Positions 9,637 to 20,303 of a stretch of DNA of 57,938 nucleotides are shown piece after piece. This DNA comes from Acidimicrobiia bacterium (GTDB lineage Bacteria; Actinomycetota; Acidimicrobiia; Acidimicrobiales; SZUA-35). The position numbers and the translations under genes were made by a program. Under the pieces are notes generated by a model, which worked only from the letters and a program-made list of their open reading frames with translations, did no database searches and was not told the origin of the DNA. Position 1 is the stretch's first letter. Each line of letters starts with the position of its first letter. The stretch lies in contig QIKW01000043.1 of the NCBI GenBank assembly GCA_003231975.1, positions 1 to 57,938 on the forward strand, in the 5' to 3' direction.

Positions 9637-9999
9637 TCAGAGGGCCTGCAGCCCGTCGAGCACCCGCTCCAGAAGCTGGAGGTCGGGGCGCTGGCTGGGC
9701 TGGTTGTTGGCGGTCTGAACAGCTACCAGACCTTCGTCGATTAGGTCGCCCACCAATACGCGAGCAACCTGGAGATGGATTTTGAGATGAGCCGACACTT
9801 CGGCAACTGACTGCTGGTCCACGCACAGCGACATGATCCGATGGCGTTCCAGTCCGGCGGCCGCGAGGGCGGCGTGGCCCTCAGGGGTGGTGCGGACCAG
9901 GGCCTCCATTGGAAGGTCAACCGTGGATCTTGTCCTGCCTCCCGTCAGGAGGTAGGGACGGACCCGAAAGGCCGTCTCGCCGCTTGCGTGGTCGCTCAT
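9637..9999 (-). CDS. cvnC: DUF742 protein (CvnC-like)
   Basis: 120 aa with VRPYLLTGGRTRS near the N-terminus and a HTH-like SVAEVSAHLKIHLQVARVLVGDL. 4-nt overlap with the upstream gene. Confidence 0.8.
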   Translation of the reverse strand: MSDHASGETAFRVRPYLLTGGRTRSTVDLPMEALVRTTPEGHAALAAAGLERHRIMSLCVDQQSVAEVSAHLKIHLQVARVLVGDLIDEGLVAVQTANNQPSQRPDLQLLERVLDGLQAL

Positions 10000-10418
10000 C
10001 GCGGTAGCGCCGCCTGAAGCTCAGCGCGCAACTCTGGTGTCAGAACGGCTCCGCACTTCTCGACCAGAACCGCCATCTCGTATGCGACCAAGCCAACATC
10101 GGCCCCGGCCTGAGCCACAGTTGCCAGCAACGAACCGTCGCTGATGCCCGTGACGAAGAGAAAGGCGTTCTCCATTTCGACTATTACCTCAGACACCGCT
10201 CCCCCACCGAAGCGGCCTGCCGCTCCGTATGCAAGCCCGATCAAGCCGGAGGAGACTGCCGCGAAGCGGTCAACTGCATCTCGGTCCAGGCCGGTGGAGG
10301 CGGCAATTGGAAGCCCGTCGGATGAAACAACGACCGACTCGGTAACTCCTGGTACCCGCTCCACGAAACTATTGACGAGCCAGTTGACGTTGCTCGCCTG
10401 CGTGCTCATGACGTTCAT
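9996..10418 (-). CDS. cvnB: Roadblock/LC7 domain protein (CvnB-like)
   Basis: 140 aa with VNWLVNSFVERVPGVTESVVVSSDGLPIA, typical of Roadblock/LC7. 4-nt overlaps with both neighbours. Confidence 0.85.
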   Translation of the reverse strand: MNVMSTQASNVNWLVNSFVERVPGVTESVVVSSDGLPIAASTGLDRDAVDRFAAVSSGLIGLAYGAAGRFGGGAVSEVIVEMENAFLFVTGISDGSLLATVAQAGADVGLVAYEMAVLVEKCGAVLTPELRAELQAALPR

Positions 10419-12607
10419 TGGGACTCTCCGTTGTTATCGAAATCGTTTTGGAAGGCATCGCCCAGGTCGTCGTCTCCGACGACGTTGGGATTGAATGTCT
10501 CGTCCCCATTGAATGGTTCAGCATCGCCTGGGCCCGCGCTGAACGAGTCGTACGACACGGGGTCTGGCGCGCCAGCCTCCGGCATTGGAGGGGTGGCCAG
10601 GTCGGCCAGCGGCTTGCCCTTGAGGCCGCTGCGGTAGCGGGAAAGCATCGAGCGGATCTCATCCGGGCTGCGAACGCTTGCGGTTACCGGACGTCCCTCG
10701 CTGGCGGGCGCCATATTCTTCTTGCGATCGCGTTTCACCAGGCCAGTGCTGGTGCGATCGTCGCTGGTGCGATCGTCGCTGGTGCGATCGTCGCTGGTGC
10801 GATCGTCGTCGGATTCCAGAAGCGAGCCGACACCCTCTTCGAAGTTCTCCCCGGTTGGGATTGCGTCCTCAAGCTTCTCTGGCTGGTCATCCTCACGAAC
10901 TGGTTCGTGGGAGATCTCAAGCGCATTGGGGTCAAAGACCGGCGCAGACCACGGTACATCGGGTGCTGGGGCTGGCCGTTCCTCGTCGACTGGTCGCCCA
11001 AAGATCATCGAGCTGGACTCGCTTGGGACCGTTGGGGTAGGAGCCTCGGTTGGCTCGTCTAGGGAGGGACCAAGGCCAAGCAACTTGGCCAACGCCTCGG
11101 ATTGAGGGGCGCCTTCTGGCAAGCCGGACACCGGCGCCGCGGGCTCTGCCACTGGGGGGGCGACCGGCGGCGGCGAAGGATCTTCTGGTACCGGTACAGC
11201 CGCCTCACTTGGCATGGCGGGGACGGAGGCGGCAGGAGCATCGGGGAACGCTGGCGCTTCAGGTATGGCGGCCAGCGGCTCAGCCGAGGCACCGATGGGG
11301 TTAGCACCGCGTTCGGGCGCAGCAGGAGGTGTCCAACCGGCAGGCTCGTCGGCAGGCAACCCAAAAGCAGCCGCGGCTTGGGGCACGGCCGCAGCCGGGC
11401 GTTCCTGTACGGGTGCGGGCGCCTGGGGAGGCTGGGGTGGCGTAACCGCCGCTGCCTCGGTAGGGGCAGGAGAACCGCCAATGGCGGCTGGTGCACTTCC
11501 AAGGGGGGCGCCACCAGCTAAGACTGTCGCAGGTACTTCGGCAATGGCGGTGATTCCGCCTGCGGCGGTGTGAGTTAGCTCAACCGCAACTCCAAGGCGT
11601 CTGGCCAGGCGGCCAACAACGATGAATCCAAGTGAACGGGTGAGGCTGAAGCCAAGCTCGGGGGGATTCTGAAGCACGTTGTTGGCTGCTGCCAGTTGCT
11701 CGGCCGTCATTCCAATGCCATGGTCGACGCACGAAATCAGGTAGGACCCGTCGGGGTGTAGGTTGCCGTTTACGTCGACCGGGCTGTCTGGCGGCGAGAA
11801 CTGAGTTGCATTTTCCAGCAGCTCTGAGAACAGGTGGGCGAGGTCCACCGCACCCTGCGAGCCTATGAAGGCTTCTTCAACAGAGGCCAGGTTCACATGC
11901 CGGTAGTCTTCGATTTCGCTCATCGCGACGCGCAGAACATCTGCGATTGCCACCGGGCCGCCGCGGCGACGCGCTGGCTCGGCGCCTGCAACAACCAAGA
12001 GGCTCTCGGCGTTTCGGCGCATCCGGGTGGCCAGATGGTCCAAGCCGAAGAGGTCTTCCAGCCGGTCTGGGTCTTGCTCGGCAGCCTCAAGCTGGTCGAT
12101 CAGTTCGATTTGGCGGTCAAGCAAGCTCTGGTTTCGTCTGGCCAGGTTCACAACAAGATCGCTGAGACCTTCACGCACGATTGCCCGCTGCTGAACCGCA
12201 ACATCGGCCACGCCTTCCTGAACAGAGTTCAGGGCGGCAACGAGGGCCGCCATCTCGTCGTTCTTGCCGCCAGTCAGCGGTTCGAACGTAGGGGCTTCTG
12301 CCCCCGGGTTCTGAAGGGTCTCGAGCAGAAGGGGCAAGCGGTTCTCGGCCAGCTCCCTGGCTGCGAGCGAGATGTCCTCGATCGGGTCGGTAATCGTTCG
12401 ACCGATTACAAGAACGGTAAGTGCGCTCAGCAGCAGAGTAGCCAGTGCGACCATACCAAGCGTGCGGATGTCACCGCTTAGCTCAGTGACCGAGGTGGCA
12501 GCGCCCCTGCTCAGCAATACGCTGTAGGCCGCTATCATTGCCAACACCAGCAAAGGCGGTGCTGCGATTACCACGAGTTTGGTGCGAAGTTTGAGATTCT
12601 GGAACAT
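10415..12607 (-). CDS. cvnA: conservon sensor-kinase-like protein (CvnA-like): 2 TM, HAMP, HATPase_c, long Pro/Ala-rich tail
   Basis: ATG 12607 (MFQNLKLRTKLVVIAAPPLLVLAMIAAY), LDHLATRMRRNAESLLV, and ATPase motifs ELLENATQFSP and DHGIGM. The C-terminal ~370 codons are low complexity. Confidence 0.85.
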   Translation of the reverse strand: MFQNLKLRTKLVVIAAPPLLVLAMIAAYSVLLSRGAATSVTELSGDIRTLGMVALATLLLSALTVLVIGRTITDPIEDISLAARELAENRLPLLLETLQNPGAEAPTFEPLTGGKNDEMAALVAALNSVQEGVADVAVQQRAIVREGLSDLVVNLARRNQSLLDRQIELIDQLEAAEQDPDRLEDLFGLDHLATRMRRNAESLLVVAGAEPARRRGGPVAIADVLRVAMSEIEDYRHVNLASVEEAFIGSQGAVDLAHLFSELLENATQFSPPDSPVDVNGNLHPDGSYLISCVDHGIGMTAEQLAAANNVLQNPPELGFSLTRSLGFIVVGRLARRLGVAVELTHTAAGGITAIAEVPATVLAGGAPLGSAPAAIGGSPAPTEAAAVTPPQPPQAPAPVQERPAAAVPQAAAAFGLPADEPAGWTPPAAPERGANPIGASAEPLAAIPEAPAFPDAPAASVPAMPSEAAVPVPEDPSPPPVAPPVAEPAAPVSGLPEGAPQSEALAKLLGLGPSLDEPTEAPTPTVPSESSSMIFGRPVDEERPAPAPDVPWSAPVFDPNALEISHEPVREDDQPEKLEDAIPTGENFEEGVGSLLESDDDRTSDDRTSDDRTSDDRTSTGLVKRDRKKNMAPASEGRPVTASVRSPDEIRSMLSRYRSGLKGKPLADLATPPMPEAGAPDPVSYDSFSAGPGDAEPFNGDETFNPNVVGDDDLGDAFQNDFDNNGESQ
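10751..10810 (-). repeat. 15-bp tandem repeat x4 (GGTGCGATCGTCGCT) inside cvnA, encoding (DDRTS)4
   Basis: Three perfect copies plus a fourth with one mismatch, read directly from the sequence. In frame with cvnA. Confidence 0.95.
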
Positions 12608-12681
12608 GACCCTCTCACAGGTTCGAGCCGACTCCATGACACATCGGCCAGTGAATCCCGACCTTGAGGTACCTTTCCGAG

Positions 12682-13380
12682 ATGCCAGAAGAAGCTTTAA
12701 GCGGAACATTGAGCGATTTGCCGCTCCACTCAGTCCTCGGGTCCCTCGCGGAGAACGCCAGAAGCGGTGTTCTCCGCATAGGTGACGCAAACGAAATATG
12801 GCTGAACGAGGGCCAGCTCTACCTTGTTTTGACTGCTGTCGGAGCAGACGCCGTCTCGGTTCTGTTCGGAGGCGGAGAGGGAACAATTTCTGAGATCGAC
12901 GTTCTCTTGTCGACTGAGGGAGACGTTGCCGCCACCCTTGCCGGCCGCAGCTCCGACGGCGGGCATGCCCTCGAAAGGCTTCTGCACGAGCACAACCTGA
13001 ATCTGCTCTTTGAGCTGCTGGTGCCAAGCGAAGACAGCTTCGTCTTTGAAGATGGCGCAACCCATCCGGTAGGGCCCCGGTTCTCAGAGCCAACGGTTGA
13101 GCTGATCAACCAAGCTCAGCGACGGCTTGAGATCTGGTCACAGATCGCAGTGCGTATCCCGAATACCTCAGCCGCATTCAAGCTCAGCAACAAACTTCCT
13201 GATGCCAGCCAGGAACGGCTGGTTACCGCAGACGAGTGGCGCTACCTGTCCCTGCTCGACGGACGCCGCTCTGTGGCCGAGGTGATCAACACCACACAGG
13301 CCAGCGCATTTCGAGTCTGTTCATCTCTGTATCGCATGCTGCTGGAAGGGCTGATCGAAGAGGTCAAGAAGCCCGGGTAG
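12682..13380 (+). CDS. DUF4388 (PatA-N-like) domain protein
   Basis: LSGTLSDLPLHSVLGSLAENARSGVLRI is the DUF4388 N-terminal signature as I remember it. Divergent from cvnA with a 74-bp spacer. Confidence 0.65.
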   Translation: MPEEALSGTLSDLPLHSVLGSLAENARSGVLRIGDANEIWLNEGQLYLVLTAVGADAVSVLFGGGEGTISEIDVLLSTEGDVAATLAGRSSDGGHALERLLHEHNLNLLFELLVPSEDSFVFEDGATHPVGPRFSEPTVELINQAQRRLEIWSQIAVRIPNTSAAFKLSNKLPDASQERLVTADEWRYLSLLDGRRSVAEVINTTQASAFRVCSSLYRMLLEGLIEEVKKPG

Positions 13381-13978
13381 TTTCAAGGTCGTCGGCTCGC
13401 ATCGCCTGAACCAAGTCTTCACTCTCGATGTAGGTAAGGCCCAGGAACTTCATCAGGACAGTTGGCAGGTCTACATCGTCGAGGTCGAGGAGGCTGGCAA
13501 TCAGTGGAATCTCGGCTTCACGTAGATACACGGGCTTCGATTCGCTGAGCGACCGCATCGAGCGAATGGCGGCGGCAAGACTACGAATCACATGAGCGTT
13601 GTCTGCTGACCCGGCGCTCAGCGAGATCGGCGTCCAGCCAATCCAAAGTGTCTCACTTTCGTAGTCGATGTGAGGGGGCAGCCGGGGCGCCGGGTCTCGC
13701 CTGCCAAAGGCCTCCACCTTGGTGCCGTACAGGTCGGCCATCTCAAGCAACATGCCGGGCGACGGCGTGCGGATGCCTGCCTCGTAGTGATCCAAATTTC
13801 GCTCTGTCAGCCGCAGCTCTGCTGCTGCTGTTTCGAGGGAGAGGCCAATTCGCCGTCTGGCCTTTTCCAGCGCAGCCCCAATTGAGGCCTGGGTAGCCAA
13901 CCTCCGTTGCTCCAGATAGTCCGCGTAGCGGCTGATGTCAACTGGCGGTTTGGGGCTGATTGTGGCTTGTGCAGTCAT
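13364..13978 (-). CDS. XRE-family helix-turn-helix regulator with uncharacterised C-terminal domain
   Basis: RRIGLSLETAAAELRLTERNLDHYEAGIRTPSPGMLLEMADLYG is an HTH_XRE pattern. ATG at 13978. 17-nt convergent overlap with the DUF4388 gene. Confidence 0.7.
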   Translation of the reverse strand: MTAQATISPKPPVDISRYADYLEQRRLATQASIGAALEKARRRIGLSLETAAAELRLTERNLDHYEAGIRTPSPGMLLEMADLYGTKVEAFGRRDPAPRLPPHIDYESETLWIGWTPISLSAGSADNAHVIRSLAAAIRSMRSLSESKPVYLREAEIPLIASLLDLDDVDLPTVLMKFLGLTYIESEDLVQAMRADDLETTRAS

Positions 13979-14110
13979 TTGCGGCTCCCTAGGTCTCCGA
14001 AAGCATGATGCGTGTTCAAGCATCTAAATCAGGACATCGGCAGGTTCGGCGGAGTTCTTGAGTCGTTTTACCTATTCGTCGGTCGCACGGGGGCCGGATG
14101 ACTCTCCCAA

Positions 14111-15589
14111 TCAGGCCATTGGGCGGTCAGTGGGCCGCACGAGACTTGGCAGAAGGGTCTGCCCCATCAGGCTTTCGTCGACCGAGGCGGCACAAGCGCG
14201 GCCCTCAGCGATGGCCCACACAATTAGGCTCTGACCTCTCCCAATGTCTCCGCAGGCAAACACTCCCTCTTCAGAGGTCTGCCAGTTGCTGTTGCGGCAC
14301 ACGTTGCCCCGCTGGTCAACCGCGGTGCCCAGCTGCTCGAGCAGGCCGCCCTGCTCGGGGCCAACGAAACCCATCGCCAGAAGCACAAGGTCTGCTTGAT
14401 ACTCAAACTCGGTGCCCGGCACGGCAACAAAACCTGGTTGGCCTTCAACCTCGCCCATCTCAACCTGGTTGCCCCGGAGATGGGTGAGCCTTCCATCTGT
14501 GCCAACGAACTCGGTGGTGCTGACAGAGAAAACCCGCTGACCGCCCTCTTCGTGAGCCGAAGTGACCTTGTACTGAAGCGGAAACAGCGGCCAAGGCGTG
14601 CGCTCAGATCGTTCGTCTGGCGGACGGGGCATTATCTCGAACTGCTTGATGGAAGCGGCTCCTTGACGATGAGCTGTTCCCAGGCAGTCGGCCCCGGTGT
14701 CACCACCTCCGATGATGATGACGTGCTTGCCCTTGGCAGAGATCGGTGGAGTCTGAAGATCGCCTTCCTGCACCTTGTTGGCCCCCGGCAGATACTCCAT
14801 TGCCTGGTGCACCCCAACAAGTTCCCGGCCAGGCACCGGCAGGTCTCGCCAGTCGGTTGCTCCGCCGCCAAGCACGAGTGCGTCGAATTCCGCCCGCAAC
14901 TCGGCCACCGGCACAGAATGCCTGTCTCGTTTGGGGCCGCCAACAAATACGGAGGTGCGAAACTCTGTGCCTTCGGCAGTCATCTGATCCAACCGGCGAT
15001 CCAGAACGGCTTTCTCCATCTTGAATTCGGGAATGCCATACCTAAGCAAACCGCCGATGCGGTCGGCTCGTTCGAACACCACCACCGAGTGGCCCGCCCT
15101 TGTTAGCTGCTGCGCGGCGGCCAACCCGGCTGGGCCAGAGCCGATTACTGCCACCTTCTTGCCCGTCGGCTTGGAAGCAATGATTGGCACGACCCAACCT
15201 TCCTCCCAGGCTTTGTCGATGATTGCCAGCTCAACATTCTTGATCGTTACCGGGTCGGTATTGATTCCCGTTACACAAGAACCCTCGCAAGGGGCGGGGC
15301 AGAGCCTGCCGGTGAACTCGGGGAAGTTGTTGGTTGCGTGAAGGCGCTCGGCGGCATCACGCCATTGGTCTCGATAGACCAGATCGTTCCAGTCGGGAAT
15401 TAGATTGCCGAGAGGGCAGCCCTCGTTGCAGAACGGGATGCCGCAATCCATGCATCTGGATGCCTGTTCTTTCAGCTCGTCGTCGTTGAGGGGTCGGTTC
15501 ACTTCCTTCCAGTCGGTCAGCCTTACTGGCACGGCCCGACGGCCCGGAACGACCCGGTCATGAACGAGGAAGCCCTTTGGATCACCCAT
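14111..15589 (-). CDS. gltD: glutamate synthase small subunit (NADPH)
   Basis: CMDCGIPFC...GCPLGN Fe-S motifs, [14 protein letters not shown] Rossmann and [12 protein letters not shown]. 8-nt overlap with gltB. Confidence 0.95.
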   Translation of the reverse strand: MGDPKGFLVHDRVVPGRRAVPVRLTDWKEVNRPLNDDELKEQASRCMDCGIPFCNEGCPLGNLIPDWNDLVYRDQWRDAAERLHATNNFPEFTGRLCPAPCEGSCVTGINTDPVTIKNVELAIIDKAWEEGWVVPIIASKPTGKKVAVIGSGPAGLAAAQQLTRAGHSVVVFERADRIGGLLRYGIPEFKMEKAVLDRRLDQMTAEGTEFRTSVFVGGPKRDRHSVPVAELRAEFDALVLGGGATDWRDLPVPGRELVGVHQAMEYLPGANKVQEGDLQTPPISAKGKHVIIIGGGDTGADCLGTAHRQGAASIKQFEIMPRPPDERSERTPWPLFPLQYKVTSAHEEGGQRVFSVSTTEFVGTDGRLTHLRGNQVEMGEVEGQPGFVAVPGTEFEYQADLVLLAMGFVGPEQGGLLEQLGTAVDQRGNVCRNSNWQTSEEGVFACGDIGRGQSLIVWAIAEGRACAASVDESLMGQTLLPSLVRPTDRPMA

Positions 15590-18500
15590 GGGTGGACTCC
15601 ATTACCGCGGCAACCGGATCGGTGCCATCGGCCTCGGCCTGCGCCATGGCCAACAACACCCGCTTGTACTCAGAGGGCATCACTTTGACGAAACGCTCAA
15701 TCTCGCGGGGCCAGGCCGAAAGAATCCGGCTGGCAACGGCAGAGCCTGTTTCGTTGAGATGGTTGGAGATCAGTTGCTTCAGCTCTTCCTGGTCCGAGGC
15801 CGAAAGCGGGTCAAGCTCGACCATTTCGCGGTTGACCCGGGAAACGAAGCTTCCGTCCTGGTCATATACATACGCCAGCCCGCCAGACATTCCAGCTCCG
15901 AAATTGCGCCCGGTTGGCCCAAGGATCACAGCCCTTCCGCCCGTCATGTATTCACAACCGTGGTCGCCAACCCCTTCCACAACCGCTGAGGCTCCTGAGT
16001 TGCGAACGCAGAACCTCTCGCCAACGATCCCCCGGATGTAGGCCTCGCCGCTGGTGGCTCCGTACAAGATGACGTTGCCGGCAATGATGTTTTCCTCGGC
16101 AACGTAGACGGCCTGCTTGGGAGGAAACACCGCAACCCTGCCGCCGCTGAGGCCCTTGGCCAGGTAGTCGTTGGCGTCTCCTTCCAGCCGCAGCGTGATC
16201 CCACTTGGCACGAATGCCGCGAACGAGTTGCCAGCCGAGCCGGTGAGGTCGATCTCGATGGTGTTGTCGGCCAGGCCCTCACCGCCGTGGAGCTTGGTGA
16301 GCTCGTGGCCGAGCATGGTTCCGATAGTGCGATTCACGTTGCGAACCTTGTAGGACCTCCTGGCGGCGGTACCGCGGCTGAGAGATTCGGCGAAGTCGGA
16401 TATGAGGGTCTGATCAAGCGCGTTCTCGAGGCCATGATCCTGGCCCTGCACACAAAGCCGGGCTGCCCCCTCGGCTATCTCGGGAACATGGAGAATGGGC
16501 GACAGGTCAAGCCCGGATGCTTTCCAGTGCGTTATCGCGCCAGATCGATCCAGGCATTCGGCCCGACCGACCGCCTCGGCAATTGACCGGAACCCCAGCT
16601 GCGCCAAATACTCCCGAACCTCTTGAGCGATGTAGTGAAAGAACGTCTCGACAAACTCAGGTTTTCCCGAGAAGCGTTTCCGCAGCTCGGGGTTCTGAGT
16701 GGCAATACCGACCGGGCAGGTGTCGAGATGACACACGCGCATCATCACACAGCCAGAAACAACCAGCGGAGCTGTGGCAAAGCCGAACTCCTCACCACCC
16801 AGAAGGGCAGCAACGATTACGTCTCTTCCCGTCTTCAACTGGCCATCTACCTGCACCACGATTCGGTCCCTGAGATCGTTCAGCAGCAGGGTTTGCTGAG
16901 TTTCGGCCAACCCCAGCTCCCACGGGCCACCAGCGTGTTTCAGCGAGGTGAGCGGCGAGGCGCCGGTGCCGCCGTCGTTGCCTGAGATCAGAACAACGTC
17001 TGCCTTGGCCTTTGAGACGCCTGCCGCCACGGTGCCAACCCCAACTTCGGCAACCAGCTTCACATGGATGCGGGCCTGCGGGTTCGCGTTCTTGAGGTCA
17101 TGAATCAGTTGGGCAAGGTCTTCTATTGAGTAGATGTCGTGATGGGGCGGAGGCGATATGAGCCCAACCCCTGGTGTCGAGTGGCGAACTTCGGCAATCC
17201 ACGGCCAAACCTTCTTGCCTGGCAGCTGGCCGCCCTCGCCCGGCTTGGCCCCTTGGGCCATCTTGATCTGAATGTCGTCGGCATTCGTGAGGTAATGAGA
17301 CGTAACCCCGAAACGGCCAGACGCAACCTGCTTGATCGATGAGCGCTTTGAGTCTCCGTTTGCCATAACGCCGAAGCGCTCTGGGTCTTCGCCACCTTCG
17401 CCCGTGTTCGACTTGGCACCCAGCCGGTTCATGGCAACGGCAAGGGTTTCGTGAGCCTCCTGGGAGATTGAGCCATAGCTCATTGCCCCGGTTGCGAACC
17501 GCTTGAGAATCTCGGACGCTGGCTCAACCTCCTCAAGTGGCACCGGCGGGCCCGCTGGCTTCAGGCTAAAGAGCCCTCGAAGTGTTGCCAGTTGCTCAGA
17601 CTGATCGTCAACCAGCTTTGTGTACTCCTTGAATATCTCGAACCGCTTGTTGCGGGTGGCGTGCTGCAACTTGAACACCGTACGAGGGTTGAACAGATGG
17701 AATTCGCCTTCACGCCTCCACTGGTACTCACCCCCCAAAACCAGTTCCCTGTGAGCAACCAACTCGGGCCGGTCAGGAAACGCCCGCCGGTGACGCTCGG
17801 TGCAGTCGGCTGCGATTTCGTCGAGACCAATGCCACCCAATTTCGAGGTGGTTCCGGTGAAGTACTCATCAACCAGCTCGTGGCCAAGCCCCAGCGCTTC
17901 AAAGACTTGAGCGCCGGTGTATGACGCAACCGTGCTGATGCCCATCTTGGACATAACTTTGATTACGCCCTTGGAGGCGGCCCTCAGATAGTTGTGTCTG
18001 GCAACCGCCGGGTCGGCGGTTGATTGATCCCATGCAATCCGGTCTTCGATGGCTTCCATGGTTAGTGACGGGCAGATGGCACCGGCCCCATAGCCAACCA
18101 GCAAGGCGAAGTGGTGCACTTCGCGGGCGTCGGCGGCATCAACCACAAGCCCAACCTGGGTGCGGGTTTTTTCCCGAACCAAGTGGTGATGAACCGCTCC
18201 GGTTAGAAGCAGCGACGGGATGGGCGCGAGGTCGGCGGTGGCGTCACGATTGCTGAGCACGATGATTGACGCCCCGTTACGGACGGCATCGGATGCTTGC
18301 TGCCTTACTTCTTCAAGCGCCTTGCGCAGACCCTCACCGCCCTTGGCAACCACGTAACGGCCCCGAATTGGCTTGCATTTCAGGTGGGGAAAGTCCCCTT
18401 CGTCGTTGGCGTGGATGATCTGGGTTAGCTCGTCTCGTGTGATCACCGGGTAGGGCAGTCGGATCTGGCGACAGGACTGAGCGTTGAGGTCGAGGATGTT

Positions 18501-20102
18501 TCCTTCCGGCCCAATTGTGCTGGTGGCGCTGGTAACCAGCTCTTCACGGATGGAATCAAGCGGCGGGTTTGTGACCTGGGCGAACAGCTGAGCAAAATAG
18601 TCAAACAGTTGCCGCGGACGATTCGACAGCACGGCCGGCGGAGTGTCGGTACCCATTGAGCCGATGCTCTCTTGGCCGCTGCGAACCATCGGCTCAACCA
18701 GAAGCTCCAGCTCTTCCTGGGTGAAACCGTTGGCGACCAACTGCGGAACGAGGGCCTCGTGAATGGGATGGGGCACGTTGCGTTCTGGCAGGTCGCCCAA
18801 ATTAATGAAGTTCTTGTTCCACGCTCGGTAGGGCTTGGCCGAAGCCAGGCTTGACTTGATCTCGTCGTCGTCGATGATGCGGCCCTGCCTGGTGTCAACC
18901 AGGAACATCTTGCCCGGTTCAAGCCTGCCCTTCTTAACGATCTTGGCGGGATCCACATCGATGATCCCAACTTCTGAGGCCATGGCAACAATGCCGTCGT
19001 CTGTCACCCAGTACCGACTGGGACGCAGGCCGTTTCGGTCGAGCACCGCCCCAACGACTTCGCCATCGGTGAACGTGACCGAAGCCGGGCCGTCCCAGGG
19101 TTCCATGGCCGCTGAATGGAAGCGGTAGAAGTCTCGCTTTTCCTGACTCATCGCCGGATTCTTCTCCCACGCCTCGGGAATCATCATCAACACCGCGTGG
19201 GGCAGTGAGTAGCCGCCGAGATGCAACAACTCAAGCGCTTCGTCAAAGCTGGCTGTGTCTGATGCGTGCGGGGTGCAGATTGGGAAGAGCTTCTGGATGC
19301 GATCGCCCCAGATGGGAGACGCCAGCAACGCCTCGCGGGCTCGCATCCAGTTTCGGTTGCCCATCACGGTGTTGATCTCACCGTTGTGGGAGACAAACCG
19401 ATACGGATGCGCTAGCGGCCAAGACGGGAAGGTGTTGGTTGAGAACCGGCTGTGCACCAGGGCCAACGCGCTCTCGACCAGCGGGTTGACCAAGTCGGGA
19501 AAGAACTCGGCCAACTGCGGGGTGGTGAGCATGCCCTTGTAGACCATTGTGCGGCTGCTGAGGCTCGGGAAGTAGACGGGGAGTTCATGCTCGATGCGCT
19601 TGCGAACAACGTAGACCTCGCGATCCAGGTCGATCCCGGTTAGGCCAGCGGGAGAGCTAAGCACCAACTGCTCAAATGTTGGCATAACGCCAAGTGCCTG
19701 GCGCCCAAGATCCTGGGGGCGGGTTGGCACCTGCCTCCAGCCGACAAGTTGCAGGCCTTCCTGGGCCACAACCGCCTCGATGCCGGCCTTTGCTGCCGGC
19801 ACCTGGGCAGGGTCGGTCGGAAGAAACGCCATGCCCGTTGCGTAGGCACCTGCGTCTGGCAGGTCTGGCACTTCTTTGGCCAAGAGCTTGTGCGGAACCT
19901 GCAAGAGGATGCCTGCACCATCGCCGGTGTTTGGTTCGGCGTTAGTGGCGCCCCGGTGCTGAAGGCAGGTGAGGGCGTTCAATGCCAACGCCACAACGTT
20001 GTGACTTGGCACTCCTTTGAGGTCGGCTATGAAACTGAGGCCGCAGGCATCGTGCTCGAAAGAAGGGTCGTATAGACCCTGGGAGGGCGGAAAACTTGGC
20101 AC
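15582..20102 (-). CDS. gltB: glutamate synthase large subunit
   Basis: 1506 aa. The N-terminal amidotransferase begins CGLSFIADL, and FMN and GXGXG domains are recognisable throughout. Confidence 0.97.
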   Translation of the reverse strand: MPSFPPSQGLYDPSFEHDACGLSFIADLKGVPSHNVVALALNALTCLQHRGATNAEPNTGDGAGILLQVPHKLLAKEVPDLPDAGAYATGMAFLPTDPAQVPAAKAGIEAVVAQEGLQLVGWRQVPTRPQDLGRQALGVMPTFEQLVLSSPAGLTGIDLDREVYVVRKRIEHELPVYFPSLSSRTMVYKGMLTTPQLAEFFPDLVNPLVESALALVHSRFSTNTFPSWPLAHPYRFVSHNGEINTVMGNRNWMRAREALLASPIWGDRIQKLFPICTPHASDTASFDEALELLHLGGYSLPHAVLMMIPEAWEKNPAMSQEKRDFYRFHSAAMEPWDGPASVTFTDGEVVGAVLDRNGLRPSRYWVTDDGIVAMASEVGIIDVDPAKIVKKGRLEPGKMFLVDTRQGRIIDDDEIKSSLASAKPYRAWNKNFINLGDLPERNVPHPIHEALVPQLVANGFTQEELELLVEPMVRSGQESIGSMGTDTPPAVLSNRPRQLFDYFAQLFAQVTNPPLDSIREELVTSATSTIGPEGNILDLNAQSCRQIRLPYPVITRDELTQIIHANDEGDFPHLKCKPIRGRYVVAKGGEGLRKALEEVRQQASDAVRNGASIIVLSNRDATADLAPIPSLLLTGAVHHHLVREKTRTQVGLVVDAADAREVHHFALLVGYGAGAICPSLTMEAIEDRIAWDQSTADPAVARHNYLRAASKGVIKVMSKMGISTVASYTGAQVFEALGLGHELVDEYFTGTTSKLGGIGLDEIAADCTERHRRAFPDRPELVAHRELVLGGEYQWRREGEFHLFNPRTVFKLQHATRNKRFEIFKEYTKLVDDQSEQLATLRGLFSLKPAGPPVPLEEVEPASEILKRFATGAMSYGSISQEAHETLAVAMNRLGAKSNTGEGGEDPERFGVMANGDSKRSSIKQVASGRFGVTSHYLTNADDIQIKMAQGAKPGEGGQLPGKKVWPWIAEVRHSTPGVGLISPPPHHDIYSIEDLAQLIHDLKNANPQARIHVKLVAEVGVGTVAAGVSKAKADVVLISGNDGGTGASPLTSLKHAGGPWELGLAETQQTLLLNDLRDRIVVQVDGQLKTGRDVIVAALLGGEEFGFATAPLVVSGCVMMRVCHLDTCPVGIATQNPELRKRFSGKPEFVETFFHYIAQEVREYLAQLGFRSIAEAVGRAECLDRSGAITHWKASGLDLSPILHVPEIAEGAARLCVQGQDHGLENALDQTLISDFAESLSRGTAARRSYKVRNVNRTIGTMLGHELTKLHGGEGLADNTIEIDLTGSAGNSFAAFVPSGITLRLEGDANDYLAKGLSGGRVAVFPPKQAVYVAEENIIAGNVILYGATSGEAYIRGIVGERFCVRNSGASAVVEGVGDHGCEYMTGGRAVILGPTGRNFGAGMSGGLAYVYDQDGSFVSRVNREMVELDPLSASDQEELKQLISNHLNETGSAVASRILSAWPREIERFVKVMPSEYKRVLLAMAQAEADGTDPVAAVMESTHG

Positions 20103-20303
20103 CGATTTCTCCAGGTCAGTAGGGCGAGAAGGCGCTGGAAAGTTGGCGGGGACTGCGCTGGCCCTGCCTGGAAGGGGCCATCCTATCTCCCAAGGGGTCG
20201 GGAAGGCGAAACCTCATCGCTCAATCAGATGGCTCTTTGGTCTTCGGGACTTGCGAGCGATCTCTCCACCCGAATTGCACCAGGTCATTGCTACGTTGCG
20301 CTG

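Noticed and set aside
12608-13093. A 162-codon 5' extension of the cvnA ORF in the track (892 aa as called).
   Set aside because: The extension is Arg-rich and low complexity, and it overlaps the opposite-strand DUF4388 gene. The family-typical N-terminus MFQNLKLRTKL starts at 12607.
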